NCBI RefSeq assembly: GCF_963921235.1
Contig: NC_086108.1
Span: 56,546,001-56,610,000, forward strand
DNA from: Mobula hypostoma
Taxonomy: Eukaryota
Length of the DNA stretch: 64,000 nt
Direction of reading: 5' to 3'
This document shows positions 26,296 to 39,960 of the stretch, piece by piece. The notes beneath the pieces were generated by a model. The model searched no databases. It had not been told where the DNA came from and worked only from the letters and a program-made list of their open reading frames with translations. Position 1 is the stretch's first letter. Every line of letters starts with the position of its first letter. The position numbers and the translations under genes are program-made.

Positions 26296-26485
26296 CAGGA
26301 TCAGCAACCTTTTTGCCTCTGTGGGCCGGATCGCGTATGAATGAGTGGACGGTGGGCCAGGTAAATGCCATAAAAAACTTGAAGTATGGGAGTTATTTAT
26401 TTAAATACATCTAGTTATGTTTGGCCTCAAACTGATGAATAACGTATGCTAGAAAATCATTTGTGCTTAAAGTTGCCTACCCCTA
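26296..26485. mobile_element. hAT (Charlie-like) MITE
   Basis: Perfect 8-bp TSD ATCTATAC (26288-95 / 26486-93); degenerate TIRs caggatcagcaacc / agttgcctaccccta. Confidence 0.85.
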
Positions 26486-26649
26486 ATCTATACCATCCAA
26501 TTCTGATAAAATAGGGCAGAGTGCTTATCTAAAGAGTGACAGGTAACTAAACTCTGTCACCATTGTAGACTGAAAAGATATTCTGGAAACCAGCCACCCT
26601 AACTGCATTTTTTTATATATTGTGGAAGAAATCACGTTGTCAGCACTAA

Positions 26650-27600
26650 ATTGAAAAACGTGTAAGTGAATTTCTACCTCACTCTGAAGGAATTATTTCA
26701 GTATCTGAATAATATGAAGGAAGCAGTGGAAAATACAAGCATTGCTTCTGCAGTTGCATGGGAAGGGAGAACCAGGAGGTTGTGGAGTGAACAGTCCATT
26801 CGGATTGCTAAATAGAAAGGAAAGGAAGTTGCATCTCATTGGAGCTGATGAAAATTACTGTGAGTGATTAGTGTGAAGGCTGGTGTGGTGGTGGTAGGTG
26901 AGGAAAAGGGGGCCCCACTCCTTACTCTGGGAGGTGAGGACAGAAGTGTAAGAAGTGGATAGTGTCTACCCAGAATAAGCATAAGTTCTTGAGGCTGCAC
27001 ATTTGAGCTGGAAGAAATGGTTAGAATTAAAGGAATAGTTGTTCAATGTAAATTCAGCCAGATGAAGGTGGAAGGGAACTGTTTTAGCTTCTGTTGAAGA
27101 ATATAAAGGGTCCTCAGTCTACTCTAGTGTGGACAGAGGCTTATAGAAAGAGTGGCCATGCATAGTAAAACTAAGCCTGTTAGGGCTTAGAAACTAGAAA
27201 CTATCAAAAATGGCAATGGAGTTGAGGGTGTTTTGGCGTAACTGGGAAAGGCTTGGACGTGAGGGAAGAAGAGTGGTGTCAGATAGAAGAAAGTAAATTC
27301 TGTCAGAAGAAGAAACAATGGGTCTCCCAGGGAAATCCTGCTTGTTGATCTTAGGGAGGAGTTTGAAATAGGCGGTGGAGATTTGGCAATAAAGATTCGG
27401 AGGGAAGGCATCTGAAAAACGTGAGGTCCATGACTTTCTGGAAGACAATTGCTTGATGCTCAAAGGCAGGTCATTGTCTAGAGGGAGGATGAGGAGGTAT
27501 TCAAGAGGTGATGTTTGGCCTCTGCAAGACATAGGTCAGATTTCCAGACCTCAACAGCACCATCTTTGTTAGTAGATTTGACAGCACTGTTGAGATTGTC
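26650..27600 (-). mobile_element. Old PLE RT relic
   Basis: ORF 27194..27532 TAYFKLLPKINKQDFPGRPIVSS, a PLE RT motif. Confidence 0.75.
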
Positions 27601-28249
27601 TGTGCATAGGTTCACCCCCCCCCCCCCATTTCACTTCCAGGAATGACCAGCTTGGAAAAAGTTGTGTTCTGATGAAAAATTATTGACCAGAAACATTAGT
27701 TTTGTTGTTCTTTTCACAGATGCAGCACGAGTTGTTGAGTATCTGTAGCATTTGCTTTTCTGTTTCAGATTTCCAACAACTGTAATTGTAGTTTTACTCT
27801 TCAATCGCAAATTATCAGCTTGTTTGATTCTAATCAAATTAAAGGCTTTTGTCCATTTTACTTTCCCATCTGAAACCACTTCTATCTCTTATCTCAGTTG
27901 TCTGATCAGGCAAGAAAAACCCAGGGAGCAGTGTCAACCGCCATGAATGGTGATATAGTATTTCTGTCAATCTTTATTGGCCCTTCATCTCCAACATGCT
28001 TCGTGCTGGGGTGATATTAATCTGCAGGATCAATGGGAAACTGTTCAACTGCTTCTGCCTCCACTCTAGAACTAAGACCATTTCAACTTCAGGCAGGCAG
28101 CTGCAGCACACAAAAACACTCCTATTCAATGTATCAGTATTTAATTACAATACTTATGGACAAATTATATATTTATCATTTCCCTTGGCCCACCTCTTTA
28201 AAATGTTCAAAACAATTTGCACTTGATTATTCAATAAAATACATGAATT

Positions 28250-29035
28250 AAGAGAGATTTACAAGATGTTGCCTGGATTGGAGAGTGTGCCTTACGAGAA
28301 TAGGTTGAGTGAACTTGGTCTTTTTTCTTTGGAGCGACCGGAGGATGAGAGGTGACTTATAGAGGTGCATAAGGTGGTGAGAGGCATTGATCGTGTGGAT
28401 AGCCAGAGGCTTTTTCCCAGGGCTGAAATGGCTAACACGAGGGGGCATAGTTTTAAGGTGCTTGGAAGTAGGTATAGAGCGGATGTCAGAGGTAGGTTTT
28501 TCACACAGAGAGTGATGGGTGTGTGGAATGCACTGCCAGCAAAGGTGGTAGAGGCAGATACAATAGGGCCTTTTAAGGGACTTTTACATAGGTACGCAGC
28601 GCTTAGAAAAATAGACGGCTATGTAGTAGAGTAATTCTAGGTACTTTCTAGATTAGGTTATGTAATCAACACGACATTCCTGGCCAAAGGGCGTGTAATA
28701 GTCATAGTCATACTTTATTAATGCCGAGGGAAATTGGTTTTTGTTACAGTTGCTCCATAAATAATAACTAGTGATGGAACCATAAATAATTAAATAGTAA
28801 TATGTAAATCATGAAATAAGTCCAGGACCAGCCTATCGGCACAGGGTGTCTGACCCTCCAAGGGAGGAGTTGTAAAGTTTGATGGCCACAGGCAGGAAAG
28901 ACTTCCTATGACGCTCGGTGCTGCATCTCGGTGGGATGAGTCTCTGGCTGAATATACTCCTGTGCCCACCCAGTACATTATGTAGTGGATGGGAGACATT
29001 GACCAAGATGTGCTGTAGATTTATATATTCTAAAC
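28250..29035 (+). mobile_element. CR1 3' end with a nested Rex1-like fragment
   Basis: ORF 28365..28634 RGIDRVDSQRLFPR..TRGHSFKV..FFTQRVMGVWNALP. The tail is split at 28700/29010. Confidence 0.9.
28700..29010 (-). mobile_element. Rex1-like LINE 3' end with (TATGAC)n tail
   Basis: Near-identical to 3408-3762 (ORF track gives the same peptide). Confidence 0.85.
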
Positions 29036-30102
29036 AAATTTAACAACTACGACAGCTTAATTTGTTGCATTCTCCCACAAGCGAAATAGGGAATTTTCAA
29101 TAGCAGGCCTTGACAAAACAAACATTCATACTAACTTAATATCTTGAAGGTGCTTTTTCCAGTTCTAATTAGGGATATTTTCAGTATATAATTTGAGACT
29201 AACCACAGCACTAGATTATTTTTGAAGTGTCCTTTTTGTGGTATACAATTTTCTTTGGTAACAGCATTGGAGAGTTTACTTTAGAATCATAACCAAAAAT
29301 AATGACTGGGAAGGTGGTTCAATTGTTACAGTTGGGAAGGTGAAAGGTATCGAAAATTTTCAGAGACGTTGTAATGGCTTCTCTAGTTTTTATTATTGGC
29401 TTCTGAATGAATCTGCGCCAGTAACTTTTAAAGCATCTCAGTATGAGATTACTCAGGTGATTTAGAAACCTTATTTTACCCTGTATTTCAAGGCAATCAG
29501 CAACCTCATCACATTCACTTTGTGACTGCTTTCCAAAGCTTTTGTGGGATGTTGTGAAGGCAGTGATGCAGTTCAGCATTCATGAGGGATTCAAAACTTG
29601 TGTCATTATGTTTATTTGGTTAATTTTGCAAAGAACAGCATTTCTGAATGCTGCCAAACCATTTTGTTTCTGAATTCTCTGTGGCAGTTGGGAACCAAAG
29701 GGAAATTCATGGCATATTGCTCTATTTTTCTGAATATGGATCTCAGTGTTTTTAATTTCAGAAAGCTTTGAAAATTTTCTGTTAAAGGTTTCAAAAAGGT
29801 ACAATTTGGCTTGCCTAGACTCCATAGATGATTTTGTTGTTATATTCTGCCACTCACTCTACATCAGATAATTTCGTCAGCATTTTCAGCATTTCTGACT
29901 TTGCACTTATCCTTTGCATTAAAGCTTACAAGAAAAGCTATTGCTTTACTAATTTTAAAATTTCCATACAATGGGTCTGTTATTTGCTGAAGCTAAGGCA
30001 CCTCCTTAACTACAATTATGAATAATTGTACTTTTCAGGAATAAAAATAGAAATTGCTAGAAAATAAGTCTGAAATTCAGTCAACATCAGTGGAAATAGA
30101 AA

Positions 30103-30299
30103 CACAAAATAATCTGCAGATGCTGGGGTCAAAGCAACACTCACAACACGCTGGAGGAACTCAGCAGGTCGGGCAGCATCCATGGAAAAGATCGGTCGAC
30201 GTTTCGGGCCGGAACCTGACGAAGGGTTCCGGCCCAAAACGTCAATCGATCTTTTCCACAGATGCTGCCCAACCTACTGAGTTCCTCCAGCGTGTTGTG
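30103..30299. mobile_element. Fold-back mini-PLE (third pLTR family)
   Basis: Inverted arms around 30210-30225; perfect 14-bp TSD AGTGGAAATAGAAA (30089-102 / 30300-13); CTGACGA at 30216-22. Confidence 0.9.
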
Positions 30300-32974
30300 A
30301 GTGGAAATAGAAATTGTTCAAGTTTCAGATGTGGAATTACACCAGGCCTGTGAAAGAGAAAAATAAATCAGTGAGGATAGCAGCAAACAAGGGACTTTAG
30401 CATTAACTATTTCTCTTTGCACAAATGTTGCCAGACCTGCAGAGTTTTTCTGTCATTTTATGCTTTGTATCATATTGACTCTTTTTTAAAATCCTACTCA
30501 CATAAATCTGGCCACTGGGTAGTTCCCACAACCTTACCCATTGTAAAGACCAAAAGCTTAATTTGGCAGTAGCTGCTCCCATTAAGCCAATTTGACTCAC
30601 CCTATCACAACTATTTTCCTTTTTTTCTGTACATAGCTATCCTAACTTCTCTCCCTTGAAAACCTAACTCATACCTCTCTCATTCCCAGTTACAACAAAG
30701 GATTGAAGACCAGAATGTTGACTTTATCTATTTACAGACACTGCCTGGACTGCTAAGCTTTTCCAAGATATTCCATTTTTATTTCTGATCTCCAGCATCT
30801 ACAGTTATTTTGATTTTCATTTTTTATGGTGGTGTATCTCATTTAGAGATTTTTCTAGAAGGATTAACAACACAGCTGAAATCACTTAACAACAAAACTT
30901 TTATTTATAGGATACTTTTTGAAGGGTTGTTTTTTATATGTTGATGAAATAACAGTTTCAGTATTCAATTTAAAATCATGTTTAATATCTAGAGTTTCAT
31001 CACGTCATTTCGTTATTTTCAAATTCGTTTGTGATACTTTGTGGTTTGGTGTTATTTTTAGCACATATAATTAGAAGAAAAGCATTCTGGAGGATAGAAG
31101 AGTACTGCGAAATATCGGAGATGATGAAGAATCACATATTCAAGTACATTTTCAAATTACAAGGGAAAAGCATGAAATTTTAGGTCTTAATTTGAATAGT
31201 TAGGCAGTTAAATCATCAAGAAGCATACAAGAAAAGTTTTCAGAAACTTGATCCACAAATAACCATGGCAATATTTATTTAATGTATAAGGATTGCAATT
31301 TGTCTACCAATATGTCCTTCTGCATTTCATAATCTGGTAAACTTTCAGCATCTTTGGATATTTTGCAACGTGGACCACAAATTAACTACTTCAGTGAATT
31401 TCATAATATTTAATAGAATTTGAACTCACAATTGCTAGTTAACTGCTATCAAAACAATTACAACCACCCTTTCAATGGTTGAAACTTGTCATGTAGAAAA
31501 ACCTATGGAGTGTAGTCAGGAGATATCTGGGTTAATATTGATTAGGAGGAAACTCTTAGAATATCGACCAATGGACATATTGAGATTCAGTCTTGATGCA
31601 GTCTTTTCAAGGACGTAACTGGTTCTGAGTTCAAACTGTAGAGCAGCATCGCTGAGCCTGTGAAGTGTCTCTCCCTCCAAAAGGTGCATCTTTTAAGATC
31701 CCTTCAGAGTTGACACTTAGGGAAGCCCCCAAAATGGGCTAGCAACAAAAGGTAAACATCAATGACAATTGCTTTGTGCTGATCAATCCTCCAGTTTTCT
31801 CTGTAATTTAGCCTTAATGTTCCACACACAAGGTAATATATTTAAGTTTCTTAACAATTGTTTATAATGAACACTTACATTAGCTGTTATGCCTAGATAG
31901 ATTTTATAGTTAAACACATCCATTCCCACAGCCTTTTGCAGCTTAAGTTGTCCATAGCTTCTAGTCCTCAGGATCACACAATAATGAAGTAGAATCATAA
32001 AAATATTACAGCACATAAAAAGGCCATTCAATATAATTCCATTATTCAATATAATTCCATCATCCATCACTTGATCTGTAGCCATGTAGGTCACAGTTCT
32101 CCAAGAATGGGATGAGGATTTACCCTCACCTACCTTCTAATCCTCTGTACCCTCCCCAGTGCACTCACAATTTTCCTACAATTTGATTAGCAGAATTGTT
32201 AGAACAAAGTCATAGTCACCAGTTTTATTTATGTTGTACACATTACATTTTATGCCTCAGATAATTAAAAATGCACCCCATATCCCTTTTTAACCACATT
32301 TTTGATCAGTGCTGATACTTTTAGTCCCTTTCGATTTTGCATATCTTTCAATATCGTCCTACTTAATGTGTCTTCCCCTGCCATATTGAACTTCCTCAGT
32401 GTATTACCACACTACTATGTGTTAAATTCCTTTTTTAACTTCCTGCAGATCTAGTCCTTAGGTTACAGTCTGCATCCTATGTTCACCAATAGGAGAAGCA
32501 CACACATAAATCCAGTCTCTTGCTAGATCAGGCTCCAGCCAATATAGCCCCATTTTCATGTATTGTTTATTTTTCCTATCTGTTTGATAGAAAAAGTGCT
32601 TCTAGACCGTGTAAAATAGTATGTTTTATATTTAGAGGGATTTTTTCTGCAAAGTTATCAGCCATTAATATTGGGATGGTATTGAGAAGCTCAAATCCAG
32701 TCATTGAGAGTGTACAGAAACGGTTGAAGGAGCAGACCCCTTCACCAACTACCTACTCACCAGCCCAAGTAGCAGAACTAACAACTATGCCATCTATTTT
32801 CCCGTGGATCTAACGATTGCCAATGGCCAATATCCTTTTATTTCAGCCAGTAGCTTGCTTTTTTTGAAATAAGGGTGCCTCTTTTCTCCTTGCTTTCTGT
32901 CTAGATTCTAGAATGCATCATAGTGCCCTCATGATTCGATATGGACAAAGTTGACCCCAAAGTTTATTATAGAA

Positions 32975-33450
32975 CGAGAGATTCTGGAGATGCTAGAAAT
33001 CCAAAGTAACATTTACAAAATGCTGGAGGAATTCAACAGATCAGGCAGCATCTATGGAAAGGAATAAAGAGTTGACGTTTTGAGCCAAGAACCTTCATCA
33101 GGACTGTGAAGGAAGGGGGAAAATCAGAATAAGAAGATGAGGAGGAGGGGACAGAGTACAAGCTGGGAGGTGATAGAGGGAAAAGGTAAAGGTTTGAATA
33201 AGAAGTAATTGGATAAGAGAGGAGAGTGTACCATGGGAGAAGGGGAAAGAGGAGGAACAACAGAGGGAACTGATAGGCAGGTGAGGAGAAGAGAAAGGGT
33301 AAGGGGGAGCCAGAATGAGAAGTGTAACAAGAAAATGAGGAAGGGGAGGAAATTACCCAATGTTCAAGAAATGAATGTACATGCCGTTAGGTTGGAGGCT
33401 ACCCAGACCGAATATGAGGTGTTGCTCCTCCAATGTGAAAGTGACCTCAT
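32975..33450 (-). mobile_element. PLE 3' end (pLTR + UTR + end of GIY-YIG)
   Basis: Minus strand reads cagtc-CTGATGA-aggtcttggctc-AAAA-cgtc; EEQHLIFGLGSLQPNG-like terminus near 33380-33430. Confidence 0.82.
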
Positions 33451-34229
33451 TGTAAATCTACAGCCTTTTTGTTTGCCTGCCAGTTTGTAAAATAGAGGGA
33501 ATAAAAATGTTGATGTTCTAACCCAAATAAAGTTGAAATAGATAGATGAGTGAAAGTTGAATTGTGAATATTGATAAATGGAGAAAAGTCTTCCTCTGTA
33601 AATATGAAACTTGTATCATGGTATGTACCTGAGAATTTTGGGTTGTGCACTGTTAGACTTGCCATACCTCTGATTATTAAACACTATTATTACAGAGTTC
33701 AAGTGGCATATACTTCAGAAGTCTGAAGTACAAAAAATACTCCTGCAACAGTTATTTGATATATACTGTGTGATTTTGCTGTGGACTAGTAAAGCAGCAG
33801 ATATACACAGCAAAATATCAGATCTTTTAAAAAAAATACAAGGGATATTTTTACCTCAAAATGAACAGTAATTTACTTTCAGGAAGGAAATGTATTAACA
33901 AAATGTAAGAAATAGATTAAATGTAAAATGAAACTTGGTAAATTAAATTGATTTTATTCATTGGCATGCCCTTTAGGTCAAAATAATTTATAAATCATAT
34001 ATCTGATAAGAATTTGTCCTTTTATTGTACACTAGACATGCATTTTGTATTAATTTTTACCAAGAAATTTAGAGAAACAGGTTACAGGAGAAAAGGCTGT
34101 TGTCAAACTAATGGAAAATATTGAGATAGGGAGGTGGGGGTAAATAGCATTCTCCATTGTGACTGGACACTCCAAACCCCACCTTGCCCCACCACCCCAT
34201 GATGAACTGACTTGATTGACTCTCAAAAT

Positions 34230-34495
34230 TAACAGCACTTTAATGTTGGAGTTCAGAGTTCAATTCTGCTGTTGTCTGTAAGGAGTTTGCAAGTTCTCCC
34301 ATGACCGTGTGAGTTTCTTCTGGGTGCTCTTGATTCCTCCCACGGTCCAACGATGCACCATTAGTCGGTTAATTGGTCATTATAAATTGCCTTGTGATTA
34401 GGCTAAAGTTAAATAAGGAGGTTGCTGGGCAGTGTGGCTCTTCGGGCCAGAAGGCCCTGTTCCACACTGTATCTCTAAATGAATAATAATTAAAT
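34230..34495 (+). mobile_element. tRNA-derived SINE (V-SINE/HE1-like) with CR1-like tail
   Basis: B-box-like gagttcaattc, then gtctgtaaggagtttgca..ttctcccc.tgacc..gtg.gtttc..gggtgctc..ttcctccca (V-domain-like), ending gggccagaaggccctgttcc..tgtatctctaaat. Confidence 0.7.
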
Positions 34496-35272
34496 AAAAG
34501 CTTAAATCAGCCATCAAAATGGTAGAATGTCTCTAACACTTACAAACATTAGAATATATCAAATACTTAACATTTTTAATTATCATTGTAAATTATTGTT
34601 TTGATTTACTTTTTACTTGTTACTTATCTCCTATTTACATCTCACAGATCAGCCTCATTTACTGTAATAAGCTTTTACCACACCCTCTCAGCTGGCACCA
34701 TCACTATTTACATAATTTAGTGTCTCTACTTCCGACCCCTTCCCTTTCTCTGCATGGTATAACTTCATTTTCAATTCTGAGGAACTGTTAGCTACCTGAA
34801 ATGTTGACTGCTTTTCCTTCAAAACTTGCTGCAGACCTTTAGAGTATTTTCAGTATTTCTGTTTTATTTTAGTTTTTTTCCTGTAAATTCTGTGAAATTT
34901 ACAACGAGTAGTGTTACTTCCTCAATAATCTAGCAGAATATTGGTGCAGGAGTGGGTGTGTGTGATATCATTAATCTTCAAAATACAGGCTTCATCAATT
35001 GGATGTTCCAGTCTATGATTTTCGTAACAAATGATGTCTTTTATTTCTAAATGATTAAAAACAGCATGATATATATTCCAGCTAAATTGTTTCATAATAG
35101 ATGTTGTGCCTTCATTTCTGTAGTCTGCTGAAGGGAATCATTGTCAAGGTTCAAATGCCAATTACACCTAGTTGCTAGGGCTTTAGTATTTAAAATAAGC
35201 AATTTGGAGTGTTCTCATACACAGAAGAAGAATGTATTGACAGATATTAAGATTATTCCAAGAATTCTGTAC

Positions 35273-35449
35273 CTGCCACCTTGAATACTGAAATCAATCT
35301 CATTTCTATTGCTATCCTTCCCTCTTTTTAATAACTGTTTCCCTTCTGCATCCCTTGGGTTTACTGGTGAGAATATATGTGTGTTTCTAATCTTCTTTTT
35401 GGTTAATGTTATCTCCATCATTACTATTTTTTAGACATACAATGAATAA
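35273..35449 (-). pseudogene. Candidate downstream exon of the C1orf141-like gene (frame-disrupted)
   Basis: Acceptor gattttcacag, donor CAG|gtacag. The open stretch MMEITLTKKK...IQGG reaches the donor, but entry needs a 1-nt change in an A6 run. Confidence 0.35.
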
Positions 35450-36134
35450 CTGTGAAAATCATGGAAGCTCACAAATAAAATCCCGCTCTTTGATCTAAGA
35501 AGGCTTAAATTTGGATTAGATTTTGTGCTTGCAAAATAATGAGTCATAAATTTAATCTTTCTTGGTACAGGCATTGAATAAGGATGGGCTTTTCCTTTCC
35601 TTTATTCGTTCCCTTTACACTTCCCTGTTTATTTGTCTTTGCTGTGCAGCCTGCAGTTAGGTTTCCACATTTAATTTCTCCAACTCAAGACAGAATTGCT
35701 ATGCTTGGTTAATCCTAAAAGCCAAACAAACACAGCTTGACATAATGTGACACTTATTGTTTAATCACTGGAGTACATTATTACCAAGCTCATCTAAGAG
35801 CAAAACACTAGATTTTCTGTTAATATATGTTATTAGTCATAATAGCTTGATTGTCATTTTTAATGATACTAACATTCCTGGAAAACCAATCATTTCTGAA
35901 GTATTCCACTTATGCAAGTACAGTTAAAAAAACATCTTGGAGCTTGAGCACCCAGCTATTAATTTACATTAAATACAAGTCCTCTGCTTACCTATATTTT
36001 TATCTTGGAAATCTGTTTATTTCAGTGGAGAATATCCTGATCCATCCACTTTAATGTTGATGAATAATCCAAGAAAACTTCAGAGGATATGGTGAATCAC
36101 ACAGAAATTCAATTCTGTTAATTATTTCTCAACA

Positions 36135-36900
36135 CAGTGGATCTGGTCTATTGGACCAAGGGTAGCCATTTATTTGGGATAATTCTTAAGGAACAAAAAC
36201 GAATCGAGAAAATAGCCAGGACACTCGTAGTTTGTTTGGGACACCATGTTGCATACTGAGGCAGAAGACTTGCTGAACTGTCTGCAGTTAGCGTCAGTCA
36301 TGATAACTTGTGTGGTCACTGGAGTGAAGAGTTTTTAAGTAGTGTCAGTTGTGTTGAAAAAGCAGTGATTTTTGTCCCTGATAGTTGGCAAGAAATAAGC
36401 TGAAAGGCAATTCAGTCTGTATTGCTCACTAAAATTTCAAGTACTCAGATTTGAAGATGCTAGAAATGGCCGGGAGTTTAAATATAAAACAATTTCACTC
36501 CTTCAGCAAATTAGAAACTATGAAGAATTTGCAGTCAGTGACAATCACCTTGAATGTTACAATGAAAATGAAGATTTGAAGGATGCAATTGTTGATGCAT
36601 TGCATGAAGCCAGTCCATTATCTGCACTAAGTGTGCCTATGCTGATTTTCTTCATTTACAGTCAATCAAAAGAACACAGCAACATACCATCGTTAACTAT
36701 TAGGAACTAATTCACAGTACTGTAGTGGTATTAGTGATGTTCTAATTTTCTCTGTATTTTATTTAAATATATAATTTGTTACTCATTTAAATGGTAGTTT
36801 GTCTTTTATTGTACTTTTTTAACCATTTCCATGAAACTTTTGGCTAATTGGGGCCAAAATGCACTGGTCCCGAAGTGTCCCAAATAATCAGAATCCACTG
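36135..36900. mobile_element. TcMar (Tigger/pogo-like) non-autonomous DNA transposon
   Basis: TIRs cagtggatctggtctattgga / tcccaaataatcagaatccactg; TA on the right flank, CA (mutated) on the left. Confidence 0.75.
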
Positions 36901-38354
36901 TAATTATTTACTTTTGCATACCTCCTACATTCAAGGTAACCAAAAAAAGCAATTTCCCTATCCCAGAAATTACAAGAGGACAGTGAGAAACTCTTTAGAA
37001 TTTCAGGGCCTCCATTTTAACTGAAATTTGTTGTCAATCATTGATCAGCCTTGACCAGTAAATATGAAATAATGATTGCTATGCAATTCTTTTGTGAGAA
37101 TTGTGATTGTGATTTAACACAGTGAGATTAATAGATTTACTATGGGAATAACCACTATCAAGGAATCTACACACATGCAGTAAAAGACAGGAATTAGATA
37201 TTCAGCATTATCTTGCAAGCAAAAATATATCATATGGTATAGACACTCAAATATCTAATACTGAAAAATGAAAATTGTGCAGTTTTTATTGCTACATAAA
37301 TGTAAATCACAATAAACATCCTGCCCATGTGAACAATGGATAATAGGCCAAGAACTGAAGTGTTTGAAGAGTATGCTGACCAGGTCATTTTCTGATGAGA
37401 AGCAAGAAGAAGTAGAGCTCTGATTCAGTTGCTTCTGTATCTGTAAGAAAGTTCAGTAGTGGCAGGTTAAACACTTTAGCAAAATCCTATTACTTATATA
37501 GGTTAAAAGGTCCTGGTGTACTCTTCTCTGGTCTATGGTCTATATCAGTATTTCCAGTTAATAGTTTACAATTTTTTTAGGATATATTTACCAAATCCTT
37601 CAAACGCATTCCGAGTTCTGATTAGACATTTAGCACTGATTGTTAGCAGGCTGTCATTATAACTCCCTGTAGCCTGCTGTTCGGAGGTACTCAGTAAGGA
37701 ACAGTAATTATTAGCCTTTTCAATTTCCTCTTTGCCTCTCATACAGGATTTAAGGTTGAATGAACTTAAGAGCAGGAAATAGGCCATAAGGCCCTTCATG
37801 ACTGCTCTGCCATTCAATATTGTTTCAAGCTGCTTTTCCCGTCAAAATTATTTCTTCCAATATAGACCACATATTTTCCCCAGTGCAGTTCCACTTGAAT
37901 TTGTAATCACTCTGATGCTCTCTGCACTTTGACAGTTTTCACTTTCCTACTCAGCTATACCATGGATGTAGAATCCCTCTATACTTCCATTATAAAACAG
38001 GAGGATATGAAAACCCTCAGCTTCTTCCTTGAGTAAAGTCCCAACCAATTTCCTGTCCACAGACACACTAATTTTCTTAGCTGAACTCCTTTTTGCTTTG
38101 AACTGTTTGTTTATCATGACTCATGTTCTCCCAGTTAAAGTGTTTCTATGGGTACTTGCATGGCCCCAAGCTATGCCTGAATCTTTCTTGTGGGATAAGT
38201 CAAACAGTCCTTGTTTTGTACTATGCAAACCTCCTGCCTTGGTTCATCTTGGACTCCTTCCTTCCTTTTCTGGAGTTCTCTGCTTCCACCTCAGGGGATA
38301 GGTTAATGTCAAATGTTCATCACAAGCATACAGATTCTGACACTATCTCTCAGT

Positions 38355-39160
38355 CATAGTCATAGACTTGTACAGAATAGAAATGGGTCTTTTGTCCCAC
38401 GTATCCATGCTGACCCTTCTGCACAGGTACACTAATTTCATCTGCCCATTTGCTCGGTCTCCCATGACTTCCCTGCATAACAGTATATTTTAAACGTACT
38501 AATTATATCTGATTCCACCACCTCTTCTGGAAATGTTCCAATATCAGCCACTCCCTTAAAAAAAAACTTCCCCCCATCAAACCCCTATAAAACTCCTTCT
38601 CTTCACCTTAAAACTATGCCCTCTTACTTTTTTAATCCTACTATGGGGAAAAGATTTTAACCATTGACTCTTATCTACACCTCTTATAATTTTATAAACC
38701 TCTTTAAGATCATCCTTCTCTCCCCGTAACCAAAGTCCTCCAATTCAGGCAACATCCTAGTGAATCTCTTCTGTATTATTTCCAATGCAACCACATCTTT
38801 CCTATTGTATTGTGCCCAGAGCTAACCATTTTTCCCTAAAATTACAAGGAAGTGCTCTAGTTTTTATTCTGTGCTACAACCTATGAAGGCAATCATGTCA
38901 TGTTTTTTTCACCATCCTATCTACCATTGTTGCCTATTTCAGCAAACATTTAATAAGATCCTCTGTTCACCATCATAATTTACTCCATATTATCTATGGT
39001 ATATATCCTTTTCGAGTTTCAAAATGCATCACCGCACACTTGTCAAGATTAAACTTATCTACCAGAACTCTACCCAACTTCCCGTCTCATTGATATCACG
39101 ATGTGGTCTTGGACAACTTTCCTCATTGACTATAATACTGCCAATTGTTGTGTAATCTGT
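38355..39160 (-). mobile_element. Old CR1 LINE 3' part
   Basis: CR1 3' UTR pattern (gtcatagtcatag tail, ttaaaactatgccctct) and RT remnants. Confidence 0.7.
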
Positions 39161-39369
39161 AAAATTGACAATTGTTCCTTCTGTATTTGCACGTTTCAAC
39201 AATGCTTACTCTTACCCTGTCTCCTGTACAGATTCCAATCCATTGTCATTACTTTATTGCTATTGTATTTGCTCAGATGACGAGTCTTACACCACAGATG
39301 CCTCTGAATTGTCTTCCTTTCTCCTTAATAGTTGCTTTTCTCTCTACCACAGTTGTAATAACCATTGAC

Positions 39370-39960
39370 CATGCCTCATCTATTCCCATATGTTTGCTCT
39401 CATAACTTCTTCTCCCAAATAGAGCAAGAGGCGAGTTCCCTTGGTCAATTTCTACACCATCCTCAACAGATCATCCTTCACAGTTTCAGCCACTTTCAAC
39501 AAGATTCCACCAATGAACATTGTTTCCACTCCCATTTCAGTGTTCCAATGACTGTTCATTTCACTGTCATACCTACCAACTACTCCACCTCCCTTAATAC
39601 TTCCTTATGCATCCTGAGGGGATACAACTCATGTTTTTTTTACCTTTTACCTTTTAACCATTCAGAGAGACAGTCTGTTCAGCAATTCATTTGTCCTTCT
39701 TCAAACCTAGTGAACAGCATTGGGTGCTCATGATGCGGTCTCCTCTGTGTGGGAGGAATATAATGCAGAATGGGTAACCGCAATGCTAGGGCAACCTTGG
39801 ACTTCCCATAGCCTCTTGTTTTAATCCCACTCCCACCCTGAATTCTTGCACTGCACTAGTGGAGTTCAATGTAAACATGGAAACCGCATCTCATATTTCC
39901 TTCTGGGGTTTTTGCAGCCTTGTGGATTTAATACTTAATTTCATAGTTACAGGAAACTCA
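39370..39960 (+). mobile_element. Old PLE GIY-YIG relic
   Basis: QQIILHSFSHFQQD..QQFICPSSNLVNSIGCS followed by degraded CGLL.G remnants. Confidence 0.65.

Noticed and set aside
32500..33780. Further minus-strand exon split by the PLE at 32975-33450
   Set aside because: Only short ORFs (e.g. 33447..33665), weak splice sites and no homology evidence.
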